Below, piece after piece: positions 38,269 to 49,037 of a stretch of 64,000 nt of DNA. The notes beneath the pieces are model-generated. The model did not search any database, was not told where the DNA came from, and saw nothing but the letters and a program-made list of their open reading frames with translations. Made by a program: the position numbers and the translations under genes. Origin of the DNA: Candidatus Poribacteria bacterium (GTDB lineage: Bacteria > Poribacteria > WGA-4E > PCPOR2b); the NCBI GenBank assembly GCA_965116925.1, contig OZ220744.1:1408001-1472000 (forward strand), read 5' to 3'. The number at the start of each line of letters is the position of its first letter. The stretch's first letter is position 1.

Positions 38269-39837
38269 ATGCACAAACCTCCTGATCCTATCAACCCCAC
38301 AATGAATCATCGATATATCGTCCAATTTGATTCAGCCAAATTACCAAGAATCGACACCGATTTCTTAGTAATCGGGGCTGGTAACGCCGGGTTAAGTGCA
38401 GCGATGGCAGCTAGTCCACATGGTGACGTTTTACTGATTACTAAGTCTGTCATAAAAGAGAATGGCTTGTCTCATGTACAGGGTGGAATCACTGCCGTCA
38501 TGAGCGAAGCTGATGCGATCACTTCTCATGTTAAAAAAACTCTAAAAATGGGAAAAGGGCTCTGCAAGGAAATAGCAGTTGAAGTGATGGTTGAAAAAGG
38601 TGTTCAACAGGTTTCAGAATTGATTCAGACTGGAACGAGCCGTGACCAAGAGGAGGAGACGATATTAGTCAATCCCTTTGAAAAGCAGGAGAATGTGCGG
38701 GTCATCGAACAAGCTTTTGCAATTGATTTTATGACCCAAGGGGATAGATGCTATGGGGTGGTTGCCCTCATTAACGATGCGCCTCACTGTATTTTTGCCA
38801 AAGCTACCATCCTTGCCTCGGGCGGCCTTGGACACATCTATCAATCTACGTCGAACCCAACGATTGCAACAGGCGATGGGTTCGCGGCAGCTTGGCGAGC
38901 GGGCTGTGAGATGATGGATATGGAGTTTATCCAATTTCATCCGACGACACTGTTCCTGATGGAAGCACCGCACTGCTTGATAGGTGAAAAGGTACGTGAG
39001 GAAGGCGGTATTTTAATTAATTCGCGTGGGGAACGGTTCATGGGAAAATACCACGATATGGAGGAACTGGCTCCGTGTGATGTTGTAGGGCGTGCAATTC
39101 TGAATGAAATGGAATTAACCGGAAGCCCATGCGTTTATCTAGACATAACCCATTTGTCATCTGATTTCATACGCAGCCGCTTTTCAAGTATCTATCAGTT
39201 TTGCCATCAGTTTGGAATTGATATTACTACTGATGTCATCCCTGTTAAATCCGGCGCGCACTTTATGATAGGCGGTGTTTGCACAACCCTAAACGCAGAG
39301 ACAACCCTACGCGGTCTCTATGCCTGCGGGGAGGTTGCTTGTACCGGTGCTCACGGGGCAAGTCAATTGGCAAAAAATTCTTTACTTGAATGTATTGTGT
39401 TTGGTACGCGCGCTGGGAATGCAGGCGTCGAATATGCAGGGACAATTCAATCGGACAATTATGCGAACCTCCGAATCTCCTCTGACGATGACTTTTCTCG
39501 CTCTCAAACAACATCTCAAAATATTGATATTGAAGCAGCAAAAGCACTCGTTCAAGAAATGATGTGGCAGCACGTTGGACTGGTTAGGCATGGTGAAAAT
39601 TTAGAGACGATACTCGATGAATTGAAAGCACTGAACCGGAACTGCTATTGGGATAGTGGGGGGGCATTTGAGTTTCAAAACATGTGCGATGTTGCGGCAT
39701 TGATAACGGAGGCGGCAACTCTACGCACGGAGAGTCGTGGCACACATTATCGAGAAGATTTCCCTGAACAGGACGATATTAAATGGAAAAAGCATATTGT
39801 CCTTCAGCGAGGAGATGCAGCACGAATTGTAGCGTGA
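38269..39837 (+). CDS. L-aspartate oxidase (NadB)-like flavoprotein with divergent active site
   Basis: GAGNAG FAD motif, QGGI, LASGG, MEFIQFHPT, LYACGE, ESRGTHYR; several catalytic residues differ, so nadB is not asserted. Confidence 0.85.
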   Translation: MHKPPDPINPTMNHRYIVQFDSAKLPRIDTDFLVIGAGNAGLSAAMAASPHGDVLLITKSVIKENGLSHVQGGITAVMSEADAITSHVKKTLKMGKGLCKEIAVEVMVEKGVQQVSELIQTGTSRDQEEETILVNPFEKQENVRVIEQAFAIDFMTQGDRCYGVVALINDAPHCIFAKATILASGGLGHIYQSTSNPTIATGDGFAAAWRAGCEMMDMEFIQFHPTTLFLMEAPHCLIGEKVREEGGILINSRGERFMGKYHDMEELAPCDVVGRAILNEMELTGSPCVYLDITHLSSDFIRSRFSSIYQFCHQFGIDITTDVIPVKSGAHFMIGGVCTTLNAETTLRGLYACGEVACTGAHGASQLAKNSLLECIVFGTRAGNAGVEYAGTIQSDNYANLRISSDDDFSRSQTTSQNIDIEAAKALVQEMMWQHVGLVRHGENLETILDELKALNRNCYWDSGGAFEFQNMCDVAALITEAATLRTESRGTHYREDFPEQDDIKWKKHIVLQRGDAARIVA

Positions 39838-39925
39838 TTTACGTAGGGAGACGACTTTTGCCTGCAAAACTAGGGGAAACTATTAGTATGTTCCCAAGAA
39901 TTTACCTCAGAGGAGAAATATAGCG

Positions 39926-41497
39926 ATGCAGAAACCCCGCTTAATTTATTACAACGATGCCCATCATTTCAACGCAAAGCGGATTGAACCGCCTGCTTCC
40001 ATCCATAAGCTCCAATGGCCCGTTGATGAGGTACTTGGCACTGGTGTAGACCTCCTGGTGTTAGGACTCGGATATGCTGATGTCTATTTCCATAACAGCA
40101 AGGTTGGACGTGTTGTGGGGCAAATGAAAGAGGTTTGGGACAACTACATTGACTGGCGAATTATGCGGATGGTGGAGGAAGCCCAAAAGATGGGCACCGA
40201 CCAAGTCCGCGAAGTCATCAACCGAGGCCGTCAAATGGGATTGGCTGTATTTCCTTCCCTGAAGTTACAGGCAAGTTCGCCGCCGGACAGCGAGCGGTGT
40301 GGTTTATTGAAATGGAACCATGGTGCCGAAGTATGTATCGGAGAGGAAGGACGAGCGGAATGGTGTTACGATTTTGCTCACGAGTTAGTGCGACAGGACA
40401 AACTTGCTGTGCTCAGGGAGATTTTGGAGGACTACGAGGCTGATGGGATAGAGTTGGACTTTATGTTTGATTCATATTATTTTAAGCAGGATGAGATAGA
40501 GAAAAACATTCCGTTGATGAATCGCTTCGTCGCTGAAATTCGGGAGATGGCAAACGCTATCGGAAGTCAACAGGGAAGAGAAATCCCCGTCATGGCGCGC
40601 GTTGATCTCGAGCAAGAAAAAAATCTGTCGATGGGACTGGACGTGGAAACATGGCTCAAGGAGGGCAGCATCAATTATGTCGTCGGACAAGATCCGTATG
40701 TGTTGACCGATACGCAGCCGAAACCTCGCTGGATGCCGGATGCTGCTAATGCCGTCGGTGCTGCAGCTTACTATCGTCCACCCAGACGCGTCTACGACGA
40801 GCGAGTCGGTCTGCCGAGTATTGAAATGTACAACGCATTAGCGCAGACACTTCGCTGGGATGGTTGGGCTGGTCTGTATGACGGTTACCTATCTTGGCCC
40901 TTCAGCGAAAGGGAATACCAAATTCTGAGAGAGGTGGCTTATCCTGAAGTCCATGCACGGAGTGATAAGCGTTATCTACTCCAGCCGCGGGAAGGAGAGC
41001 TAGACAAACCGACAACCACACCAGAGCGCCAACTACCATTGGAAATTAAGCAAGGGGAAACCGCTGCTATCAATATCTGGATTGCTGATGATATTGACAG
41101 TGCCAAGAAAGACGGAGAGGTGCGCAACCCCATTCTTACGCTTCGCTTCTCCTTCTTCTGTATTGAGGACGATATTGAATTTAGCTTTAATGGCAGGGTA
41201 TTGCCTTGGGAGGAGGCGGAGATTACTGACGAACGGGCCTTAACCATTCCGGTAAAACTCGCGGGTTTGATGCACATCCAAGCACCGCTCGGTATGTCCG
41301 CCCACTGGTTTCGGTACAAGCTGGAATTGGACGATCTTACACGCGGGAAGAATACCCTTGAAATCGAAACAAAGCATTTGACAAAGACAGCAGGTTTTAC
41401 CCGTAGCCTCAACGGTGTCGAGCTACAGACCCGTTATAAGGACTTCCTCCGCCCAGAAGGATTGGAGGTAGAGCGGATTGCACCGCCCGGCGGGTAG
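39926..41497 (+). CDS. Putative glycoside hydrolase-like TIM-barrel protein (GHL10-like)
   Basis: LIYYNDA start, DFAHELVR, YEADGIELDF, C-terminal beta-sandwich (LTRGKNTLEI). Confidence 0.6.
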   Translation: MQKPRLIYYNDAHHFNAKRIEPPASIHKLQWPVDEVLGTGVDLLVLGLGYADVYFHNSKVGRVVGQMKEVWDNYIDWRIMRMVEEAQKMGTDQVREVINRGRQMGLAVFPSLKLQASSPPDSERCGLLKWNHGAEVCIGEEGRAEWCYDFAHELVRQDKLAVLREILEDYEADGIELDFMFDSYYFKQDEIEKNIPLMNRFVAEIREMANAIGSQQGREIPVMARVDLEQEKNLSMGLDVETWLKEGSINYVVGQDPYVLTDTQPKPRWMPDAANAVGAAAYYRPPRRVYDERVGLPSIEMYNALAQTLRWDGWAGLYDGYLSWPFSEREYQILREVAYPEVHARSDKRYLLQPREGELDKPTTTPERQLPLEIKQGETAAINIWIADDIDSAKKDGEVRNPILTLRFSFFCIEDDIEFSFNGRVLPWEEAEITDERALTIPVKLAGLMHIQAPLGMSAHWFRYKLELDDLTRGKNTLEIETKHLTKTAGFTRSLNGVELQTRYKDFLRPEGLEVERIAPPGG

Positions 41498-41675
41498 CAC
41501 CCCAATTATTAGCTTTTTAACCTTCTACGACGACGGGGCGCACAGATAAGCAATCAGTCTCAGTTGGGTATTGAATTGAGAAGATTCAATCTAGTAGACA
41601 CAAAAAACCTTGCATTTTGGCAGGGGTATATGATATGTTAAACAGGTTGCACTACGAATAAAGGAGGTGGTTCAA

Positions 41676-41909
41676 TTGGCTCGAGTTTGCCATGTTTGTG
41701 GAAAAAAGCCGATGGCAGGTAATAAAATTGCCCGAACTCGTGGGCAGATTAGTAAGCGTTCAAAACATAGACAACTCCCCAACCTACAACGAGTCCGTGT
41801 TCAAACGGAAAGCGGGAGCCAACGAGTTCGTGTATGCGTGCGATGTCTCCGTACCGGGAAAGTTATCAAATCAATTTCTGGTGGGGCACAAGTTACCTAC
41901 GGCAGTTGA
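41676..41909 (+). CDS. rpmB: 50S ribosomal protein L28 (Zn-ribbon form)
   Basis: RBS AAGGAGG, TTG start; ARVCHVCGKKPMAGN...PNLQRV...VCVRCLR. Confidence 0.92.
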   Translation: MARVCHVCGKKPMAGNKIARTRGQISKRSKHRQLPNLQRVRVQTESGSQRVRVCVRCLRTGKVIKSISGGAQVTYGS

Positions 41910-41929
41910 AAGTATCCGGTGGGAACAGG

Positions 41930-44113
41930 TCAGATTTTGCTCTCTCTCAAGTGTTTCCGTGTTTTTTTAGAGGAAAAAGATGTAATCCGGGAGACGCGTT
42001 GCACCCCTTTTAAGTAACGGATTGACTCCATGATAGCTTCTAACTGTTCAATCCCGTTTACTTCCAAAGTGAACTGATCATGACCAGTTTCCTTATTTAG
42101 TCTGTGAAAAACGACCCCGTCAATATTAACCTTGTATTGGGCAATTAATGTTGTAATTTCTGCTAACATCCCAGGGCGGTTGTCACACTCAACGGTGACC
42201 GGTGCAGGATAGGTCACATTCTCAACAGGTGTCCATTCGATATCAAAAATTCTTTCTGGCTCATTAATAATTCGAGGACAGTCTGCTCTGTGGACAGAAA
42301 TGCCGCGCCCCCGCGTGAGATACCCGATGATTTCATCTCCCGGAATAGGATGACAGCACTTCATAATACGCGCCAGATCTAAATCAATCCCTTCCATTTC
42401 AATCGATGGTGTGGATTGGGGAGGGCGCGTAGTTGTTTCTTTTTTCTCCGTGGTCGGAGGCGGTTCAGGTGTCAATAAGTTGGCGACATGTGTAGCTGAC
42501 TCCTTACCATTGCCAATCTGTCTAAAAAGCTCGTCAATTAGCGGCAGTTGTGCCTTTTTCTTCGATACGAGTTTTGCCGCTATGTCAAGTAGTTCTGATG
42601 ATTTGAGATAGTTTTTCAGATTCAGTTGGCGTTGTCGCATTTCAATTTCAAGCAGTCGTTTCCCCAAATCAATCGCCTGTGCACGGTTCTGTTCGTTGAG
42701 CCAAGACTGGACTTTATTGCGTGCCCGCGCTGTTTTGACCCACCGCAGCCAGTCACGGCTCGGGTGTCCATTCGCCCGCGTCTGAATGTTTACCCGATCC
42801 CCATTCTGTAACCGGTACTTAAAGGGAACTATCGCGCCATTAACCTCCGCCCCAGAACAGGTCTGTCCAATATCAGTGTGTATCTTGTACGCAAAATCAA
42901 TTGGGGTTGAGCCCGCTGGCAAGCTGTGGAGATCTCCTTTAGGCGTAAACACAAACACCTCGTCTGGAAACAACTCACCTTTCATAGAACGGATAAACTG
43001 AAACGGATCTTTGAACTCTTGAATCTCTGCAAGCATTTCTCTGAACCAGGCAAAAATCCTTTCGTTGTCTGTTTCCGATGGCATCCCTTCCTTATACCGC
43101 CAATGTGCAGCAATTCCATATTCCGCGATTTGGTGCATTTCATGGGTCCGAATCTGAATCTCTACAGGCTGTCCGCGGTCTACAATTGTTGTGTGTAAAG
43201 ACCGATAGCCATTCGCCTTCGGCAGACCGATAAAATCCTTAAACTGCTCAGGAATATGATTCCACTTGTTGTGTAAAATTCCAATCACTGCATAACAGTC
43301 TCCCACGCTATTGACTAGCACACGAAGTCCGAATAGATCTCGAATCTGCTCAAACGGGACCCCTCTTTGATGAATTTTCTGATAGATACTGTAGATATGC
43401 TTAGGGCGACCGTAGACCCTCGCTTTGACGCCCATCAGATCCAATTCCTGTTGAACAACATCGACCATCCACTTCGTATACGCTTCCCGTTCACCTAACT
43501 TTGCCGCAAGCAAATCGGCAATCTCTCTGTATTCGGTGGCGTACAGATATTTGAACGCCAAATCCTCAAGCCTGCTTTTAATCCGAGCAATACCCAATCG
43601 GTGGGCGAGCGGAGCATAAACCTCAAAAGTTTGTTTGGCAATACGTTCCTGTTTATGTGGGGGCAATGCGGCAAGAGTTTGCATATTATGCAACCGATCC
43701 GCCAACTTGATAAGGATTACCCGTGTATCTTTCGCTGTTGCCAGAAGCAGCCGCAAGTAATTTTCTGCTTGCCTTTGTTGGACTCCGCCCCTGAATTTAT
43801 ATTTACTTATATTGGTAACGCCTTCAACTAATTCGGTGATTGTGTCTCCAAACTGATCCACAAGTTCATCACGGGTGGCAGATGTATCTTCGAGTACGTC
43901 ATGTAGTAGTCCGGCGCAGATAGTATCCGTGTCCAATTTTAATTCAGCTAACGTCTTAGCCGTCTCGAAGCAGTGGGTAAAATAAGCATCTCCGGATATC
44001 CGCTGCTGACCATGATGAGAGGCTTGGCTAAATTCATAGCTTCTTCGCAAAAGATCGCAATCCGCATCGGGGTTATATGCTAGGATTTGGCGAATTAGAT
44101 AGTTGACACTCAT
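41930..44113 (-). CDS. rel: Bifunctional (p)ppGpp synthetase/hydrolase
   Basis: HD motif LLHDVLED, KLADRLHNM, GYRSLHT, EIQIRT, TGS (TPIDFAY), CC, ACT domains. Confidence 0.96.
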   Translation of the reverse strand: MSVNYLIRQILAYNPDADCDLLRRSYEFSQASHHGQQRISGDAYFTHCFETAKTLAELKLDTDTICAGLLHDVLEDTSATRDELVDQFGDTITELVEGVTNISKYKFRGGVQQRQAENYLRLLLATAKDTRVILIKLADRLHNMQTLAALPPHKQERIAKQTFEVYAPLAHRLGIARIKSRLEDLAFKYLYATEYREIADLLAAKLGEREAYTKWMVDVVQQELDLMGVKARVYGRPKHIYSIYQKIHQRGVPFEQIRDLFGLRVLVNSVGDCYAVIGILHNKWNHIPEQFKDFIGLPKANGYRSLHTTIVDRGQPVEIQIRTHEMHQIAEYGIAAHWRYKEGMPSETDNERIFAWFREMLAEIQEFKDPFQFIRSMKGELFPDEVFVFTPKGDLHSLPAGSTPIDFAYKIHTDIGQTCSGAEVNGAIVPFKYRLQNGDRVNIQTRANGHPSRDWLRWVKTARARNKVQSWLNEQNRAQAIDLGKRLLEIEMRQRQLNLKNYLKSSELLDIAAKLVSKKKAQLPLIDELFRQIGNGKESATHVANLLTPEPPPTTEKKETTTRPPQSTPSIEMEGIDLDLARIMKCCHPIPGDEIIGYLTRGRGISVHRADCPRIINEPERIFDIEWTPVENVTYPAPVTVECDNRPGMLAEITTLIAQYKVNIDGVVFHRLNKETGHDQFTLEVNGIEQLEAIMESIRYLKGVQRVSRITSFSSKKTRKHLRESKI

Positions 44114-46661
44114 ACGACACTCTCTCCCAAATCTGTTTGACATTCTGCCGTAATTGAAATTCCGAAAACCAGTGGCTCGCTTGTTTCATCTGTTCGCCGT
44201 TTAGATAGGTTTCGGATTCATGGAGTTGACGCTTCTTCGATGGTGGTGGTAAAAGTTGAATTTCTTGTTTTGAGCAATTTGGATATTGCGTCAAAAGTTG
44301 CAATTCTTCAAGGATTAAAAGGCCATTTTTAACAGCAGACACTGGGATTGAATCAGTTTGTGCACCAATTATAACCGATTCAAGTGTGAGTTGGTGCCTG
44401 TTGTCCTGACTGAGTGCTTGTAAGCATTTATAGAGTTTTTGTAGAATCTGCTTATCTGGATATTCCCAAGAGACACATTTGCACATCCACTCTATATCCT
44501 TGGATTGATAAATGAGGTGGATATATGTGGTCTCAGGATGTCTGAATGCGGACTGACATCGATTGAAGAAAGTTAAGTGTTGAGGAATTGGGTGGCAGAA
44601 CACTATATGGTTAATGTGAGGCAGCTGGGTTAATGTGCAATTTGAAGCGATCGCAAGTAATTCTCCACGTGCCAATTTGCCTGTGACTTGCGCTTTGTCA
44701 GCTTCCGACATATCGGTTTCGCATCGCCCAATCTTTTCCGTTGAGCCAAGCATCTCGAAGAGTTGATCCAGTGCTTTTTCGTCCCGGACATATAGCAATG
44801 TTGATTCTTTCTGTTCAAGGAGGTTAAGCAGAAAATCTTGCTTGTTGTCCAAAACTCTGTGGTCAACAATTTTAACAGGGCTTTTTTCCTCCTCCGTAGG
44901 AAACATCCTTCCAACGGTGCTTCGTTCAAGTGTGTGGATGTGCAAATCCGCAATCTTTAGTTGAACGCGACGGCTATTATTCCACTCATTAATCTCCGGC
45001 TCAAAAGCCAAGTCTAATCGAATGTTCTTGTTCTGCAACGCAATGAAGTGATCCGCCATGCGCCATCCGACGGCTTCAAGCGTTTGTGCTCCATCCGTCA
45101 CGAATAGTTTGAGATGGTTCTTCTCCTTACCCATTACGCTGGGTGGTTTTTGAAGGCGAAGATTGCGTAGTGCAAGGTGTGGGGCTGAATTGTCCTCGCC
45201 AAACGGCTCCAGCATCTGTAATTCCTCTAGGGCTGGAAGCGTCAAATAAGAAGACTGGACCTCAAGATCCAATTTTACTTTGGGTTTCAGATCTTCATCA
45301 GAGAGGTGCTCACACGCATATTGATCAAATCGGGCAGCAAACTCATCAATGTTCTGCGTTTTGATCGTTAACCCTGCTGCCGCCTCATGTCCGCCATGTT
45401 TAACTAATAAATCGTCACATGCGTTTAAGCTGTCAGCGAGATTCATGCCCTCAATGCATCGTCCCGAACCGTGTGCTTCGTCGTCCTTAACTGCCAGCAC
45501 AAACACCGGGCGGTGATACTGATTAACCAGCCGCGAAGCGACAATCCCGACGACACCCTGATTCCAATCTTCATCGTCTTTATTGTAAACAACTAATCCT
45601 TTCTTTTTTACATGATCGTTATTTTTTTCAATCGTAGCGGCTGCCTGTTCCCGAATTTTGTTCTCTACTTCTCTCCGCTTTAGGTTATAGTCATCAAGTT
45701 CTTTGGCAATTGGTACTACCTCATCATAGGACTCCCCCGTCAATAACTTGACCACCTTGTCTGCTGTCTCTAGCCGTCCTGCGGCGTTAATTCGAGGTCC
45801 TAAGACAAACCCCAATGTATGGCCAATGATCTGCTTGCCCTCGCCATGGTTTGCCACATCGCAGAGTGCTTTTATCCCTGGTCGTTCGCGCTTATTGAGT
45901 TCTACTAAACCGAGGCTCGATAAAGCTCGATTTTCCCCTGTTAGCGGAGCCATGTCTGCAACCGTACCGAGGGCAACCAGATCCAGTAGAGATTGCAGAA
46001 ACGGGTCCAGATCTCCACCGCCCATCAATCCGTGTGCCAACTTGAACGCTAACCCGACCCCCGCAAGCCCATCGAAGGGATATTCGCTCTCCGGCATTTT
46101 GGGAGTGATGAGACCAATTGCCGGTGGCAGTGCATCGGGGCGTGGTTGATGGTGATCGGTGATAATGACATCCATACCGAGCGTGTTGGCAAACTCGACT
46201 TCCTCAATCGAGGTGATCCCACAATCAACGGTAATCAGCAGATCACATCCATGCTCCTTCAACTTCCGAATCGCTTCCTTATTGAGACCGTACCCTTCCT
46301 CAAAACGGTTGGGAATGTAAGGTTTCACTGGAAAGTCAAGGTGCCGGAAAGTATTTATCAGCAACGAAGTCGCGGTCGTACCATCTACGTCATAGTCTCC
46401 GAAGATCCAGATCTGCTCACTACGCGCCATCGCTGAACGGATGCGCTCAACTACCTGCTCCATCCCGTGCATTAGAAAGGGGGAATGCAGCTGATCAAGC
46501 GTTGGATACAAATACGCCTGCGCTTCGTCTTCCGTTTCAATTCCCCGATTGATGAGAAGCTGTGCCACTAATTGTGAAATCCCAAGCCTCACTGCCAATC
46601 GGGAACTCTTCTCGATGTCAGGTGTTCTATGTTCCCAGATCTTTTGCTGCTGTCTGTTCAT
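44073..46661 (-). CDS. recJ: ssDNA-specific exonuclease RecJ with long C-terminal extension
   Basis: GDYDVDG, TVDCG, TDHH, GTVADM, PRINAAGR, GGHEAAAG, LEPFG. Confidence 0.96.
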   Translation of the reverse strand: MNRQQQKIWEHRTPDIEKSSRLAVRLGISQLVAQLLINRGIETEDEAQAYLYPTLDQLHSPFLMHGMEQVVERIRSAMARSEQIWIFGDYDVDGTTATSLLINTFRHLDFPVKPYIPNRFEEGYGLNKEAIRKLKEHGCDLLITVDCGITSIEEVEFANTLGMDVIITDHHQPRPDALPPAIGLITPKMPESEYPFDGLAGVGLAFKLAHGLMGGGDLDPFLQSLLDLVALGTVADMAPLTGENRALSSLGLVELNKRERPGIKALCDVANHGEGKQIIGHTLGFVLGPRINAAGRLETADKVVKLLTGESYDEVVPIAKELDDYNLKRREVENKIREQAAATIEKNNDHVKKKGLVVYNKDDEDWNQGVVGIVASRLVNQYHRPVFVLAVKDDEAHGSGRCIEGMNLADSLNACDDLLVKHGGHEAAAGLTIKTQNIDEFAARFDQYACEHLSDEDLKPKVKLDLEVQSSYLTLPALEELQMLEPFGEDNSAPHLALRNLRLQKPPSVMGKEKNHLKLFVTDGAQTLEAVGWRMADHFIALQNKNIRLDLAFEPEINEWNNSRRVQLKIADLHIHTLERSTVGRMFPTEEEKSPVKIVDHRVLDNKQDFLLNLLEQKESTLLYVRDEKALDQLFEMLGSTEKIGRCETDMSEADKAQVTGKLARGELLAIASNCTLTQLPHINHIVFCHPIPQHLTFFNRCQSAFRHPETTYIHLIYQSKDIEWMCKCVSWEYPDKQILQKLYKCLQALSQDNRHQLTLESVIIGAQTDSIPVSAVKNGLLILEELQLLTQYPNCSKQEIQLLPPPSKKRQLHESETYLNGEQMKQASHWFSEFQLRQNVKQIWERVSYECQLSNSPNPSI

Positions 46662-46998
46662 GGTGGATTCTGTTAAGATTTGACGGATTCAACCAATCTT
46701 CGTTCTAAGAATTTTCGACTTAATCTCCCTTGAGACGATTTCAGGTGACCGTTGATTGGAGCGTTCACCGAATCGTACAGTAGAAAGTCAACACATCCTA
46801 GTTATGTTATCACGAATCCCACTTCTGGTCAAGAGAAGATTGGTGTTGAAAATTTACAGAAATTCATAAATCACTTGGAAAAACAGACCAAATTGTGACC
46901 TAAGAAATCGGATCTATAAGGGTTGATAGCACTAGTCAGTATAGATCGGCAAATCCAATATGACGTACTAATCAACGATTCCAACCTTTTTGAATATA

Positions 46999-48951
46999 TC
47001 ACACCCAAAAACCGTAGGTTGACATTTTTGCCAGAATACCGAATATTGTCCAGAGACTACCAACAGTGAATTCTCCCAGAATAAGCCCCAAGAAGAAAGG
47101 GGCAACACGACGATGCAGCCCGATCCCACCATGTCGTAGTAACAGCCACTTGATGAGCCAACTGACAAAAAGGCAGCTCCATGTCACTCTCATTCCCCAA
47201 CTTGTCGAGATGGCAAAACCGGCGGGGTGGAGGGGCCACCACACAAATCGCATACGGAAAAACATCAGGACGCTAGCGATGATAAACCCACAGACCATAA
47301 ACCCACTTTCAGCCATTAATGTATCTGTGGGTGTACTCAACCAACGGTCAAGCCGTCGATACGGCTCGATGCCGAATGCACTTAACGAAGGACGGGGGGC
47401 ACGCGTCTCCATCCCCAGCTGATAGCCACGATCGATCAATGCCCAAAAACCGGAGAGTGAGCCGAGAAATGCGGCAAGCATAAGTGCGAGCATGAGATGC
47501 CGTAGGTTCATGCGCGTCCGCTCTGCCATTTTGAACCCCTCTAGTTGATGCGGCATCGGGTGGCTACGGTAGGCACGATTGATGAACCAAAACATTGAGA
47601 ACATCACCAGATTCCCACGTCCCAGTTTTCGGGTGCCGATTGTCCGTGTGAGGATCTCGTCAGGACCGGAATAGTGCAGGTCATGGACGGGCGTTCCTAA
47701 CTCTGCTCGCATACGGGTTATAGCGATAGAGATAGCGTAATAGAGGGCGAAGAAAGCGATCGTGATACCCACCGTTGCCCCACCACGATAGCAGAAACAG
47801 ACAAGAAACACTATCACACCAATAAGCCCTAACACTGCTGTGTGATACTTCATCGGTTCATCTGAATCGTCGAGATCTTCAACTTCACCAAACACCTTTC
47901 TGGCAATCATTATCAGGTGTCTTCGACTCGCCCAGAGCGCGATGACGGCAAGGGCGATATAGCCCCCCGATGCCTGTTCTCTCATGTACGGGAAGTCCGG
48001 CAGGCTCCGCAAGCCCATCGCGGCACCGGCGACACGCATCAACCGCCAGAACCAGAAGAAGAACCAACAGGAGAAGGATAGGTCAAGCGGAATGAAAAAT
48101 CCGAGCCCAATGGCAAATGGGTAAAACGAGAGTGGAACTCGCCCCATGGCGTTCCATGGGCTATCAGTAAAAAGATAAAAGCTCCGAATCCGCGTCCGAA
48201 GTTCGGGGACAACGGGAAAAATGAAGTTCAAACCGTTCAGCAGTGCTAGGGTTCCTGCGAGGGCAAATCCGATCCACATCACTCGGTTACGAAAGAACGT
48301 CTGCCGTTGGGTCTCCGTCATCTGGAGAGGCAGCTGAATAATTGGGTAACTGAGTTTCTCGTGTTCAATCCACTGTTTACGGATAATAACGTTGATGCAG
48401 AACATCCCGAAGACAAGTACGAATATAAATGTTGTCCACCATAGAACGGGCGAAACCCAGCCGATCAGTTGTTCGGCGGTATAGAGATTCACCTCCCCTT
48501 CGTAGTACCCACGAGCAACTTTGCTGTCGCTGACGGTCAGCCATTGTGGAAGGTAGGGCAGAAATAGTTCACGCCATTCGTTCTCGGGGGTAGCAAAGCG
48601 GAAGGCGTGTCCCAACATCGGTACAAGGATTTCGAGCATGTCGTGCCCCGTAATACCAGACGCGATGGAGAGCATCAGGTAGATGATGATAAGCTCTCCC
48701 TGGTTGAGTGCAGCGCGGGGTGAAAACCACTTGAGAAGCTGGTTGGCTCCGATAATTACAAAAAGACTAAAAATGACGTTGAAGAAGAGGGAGATGGTGA
48801 CCGGATGGCCTGAGTATCGGATGATCTCCATCTCAATGACCCAGTAGCAGTTAATCGGGATGAGTAGGGAGGCGATGAGAATAGATTTGACAGTGACACC
48901 TTCGATCGGTTGCTGCTCTGTTTTTGAGAGGAATGAATCTGTCGTTGCCAT
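46999..48951 (-). CDS. DUF6785/DUF6784-like polytopic membrane protein (putative transporter)
   Basis: Many TM helices; RKQWIEHEKLSYPI, RMRAELG.P, WWPLHPAG, FFLGLILGE. Confidence 0.75.
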   Translation of the reverse strand: MATTDSFLSKTEQQPIEGVTVKSILIASLLIPINCYWVIEMEIIRYSGHPVTISLFFNVIFSLFVIIGANQLLKWFSPRAALNQGELIIIYLMLSIASGITGHDMLEILVPMLGHAFRFATPENEWRELFLPYLPQWLTVSDSKVARGYYEGEVNLYTAEQLIGWVSPVLWWTTFIFVLVFGMFCINVIIRKQWIEHEKLSYPIIQLPLQMTETQRQTFFRNRVMWIGFALAGTLALLNGLNFIFPVVPELRTRIRSFYLFTDSPWNAMGRVPLSFYPFAIGLGFFIPLDLSFSCWFFFWFWRLMRVAGAAMGLRSLPDFPYMREQASGGYIALAVIALWASRRHLIMIARKVFGEVEDLDDSDEPMKYHTAVLGLIGVIVFLVCFCYRGGATVGITIAFFALYYAISIAITRMRAELGTPVHDLHYSGPDEILTRTIGTRKLGRGNLVMFSMFWFINRAYRSHPMPHQLEGFKMAERTRMNLRHLMLALMLAAFLGSLSGFWALIDRGYQLGMETRAPRPSLSAFGIEPYRRLDRWLSTPTDTLMAESGFMVCGFIIASVLMFFRMRFVWWPLHPAGFAISTSWGMRVTWSCLFVSWLIKWLLLRHGGIGLHRRVAPFFLGLILGEFTVGSLWTIFGILAKMSTYGFWV

Positions 48952-49037
48952 AGAAAAGATGGGCTATATCGCGGGGTTCAGGTTAAATCGAGAAAAGAGA
49001 TGCATCCTTTATTCTATCTCATTCAGTTGATAATGTT

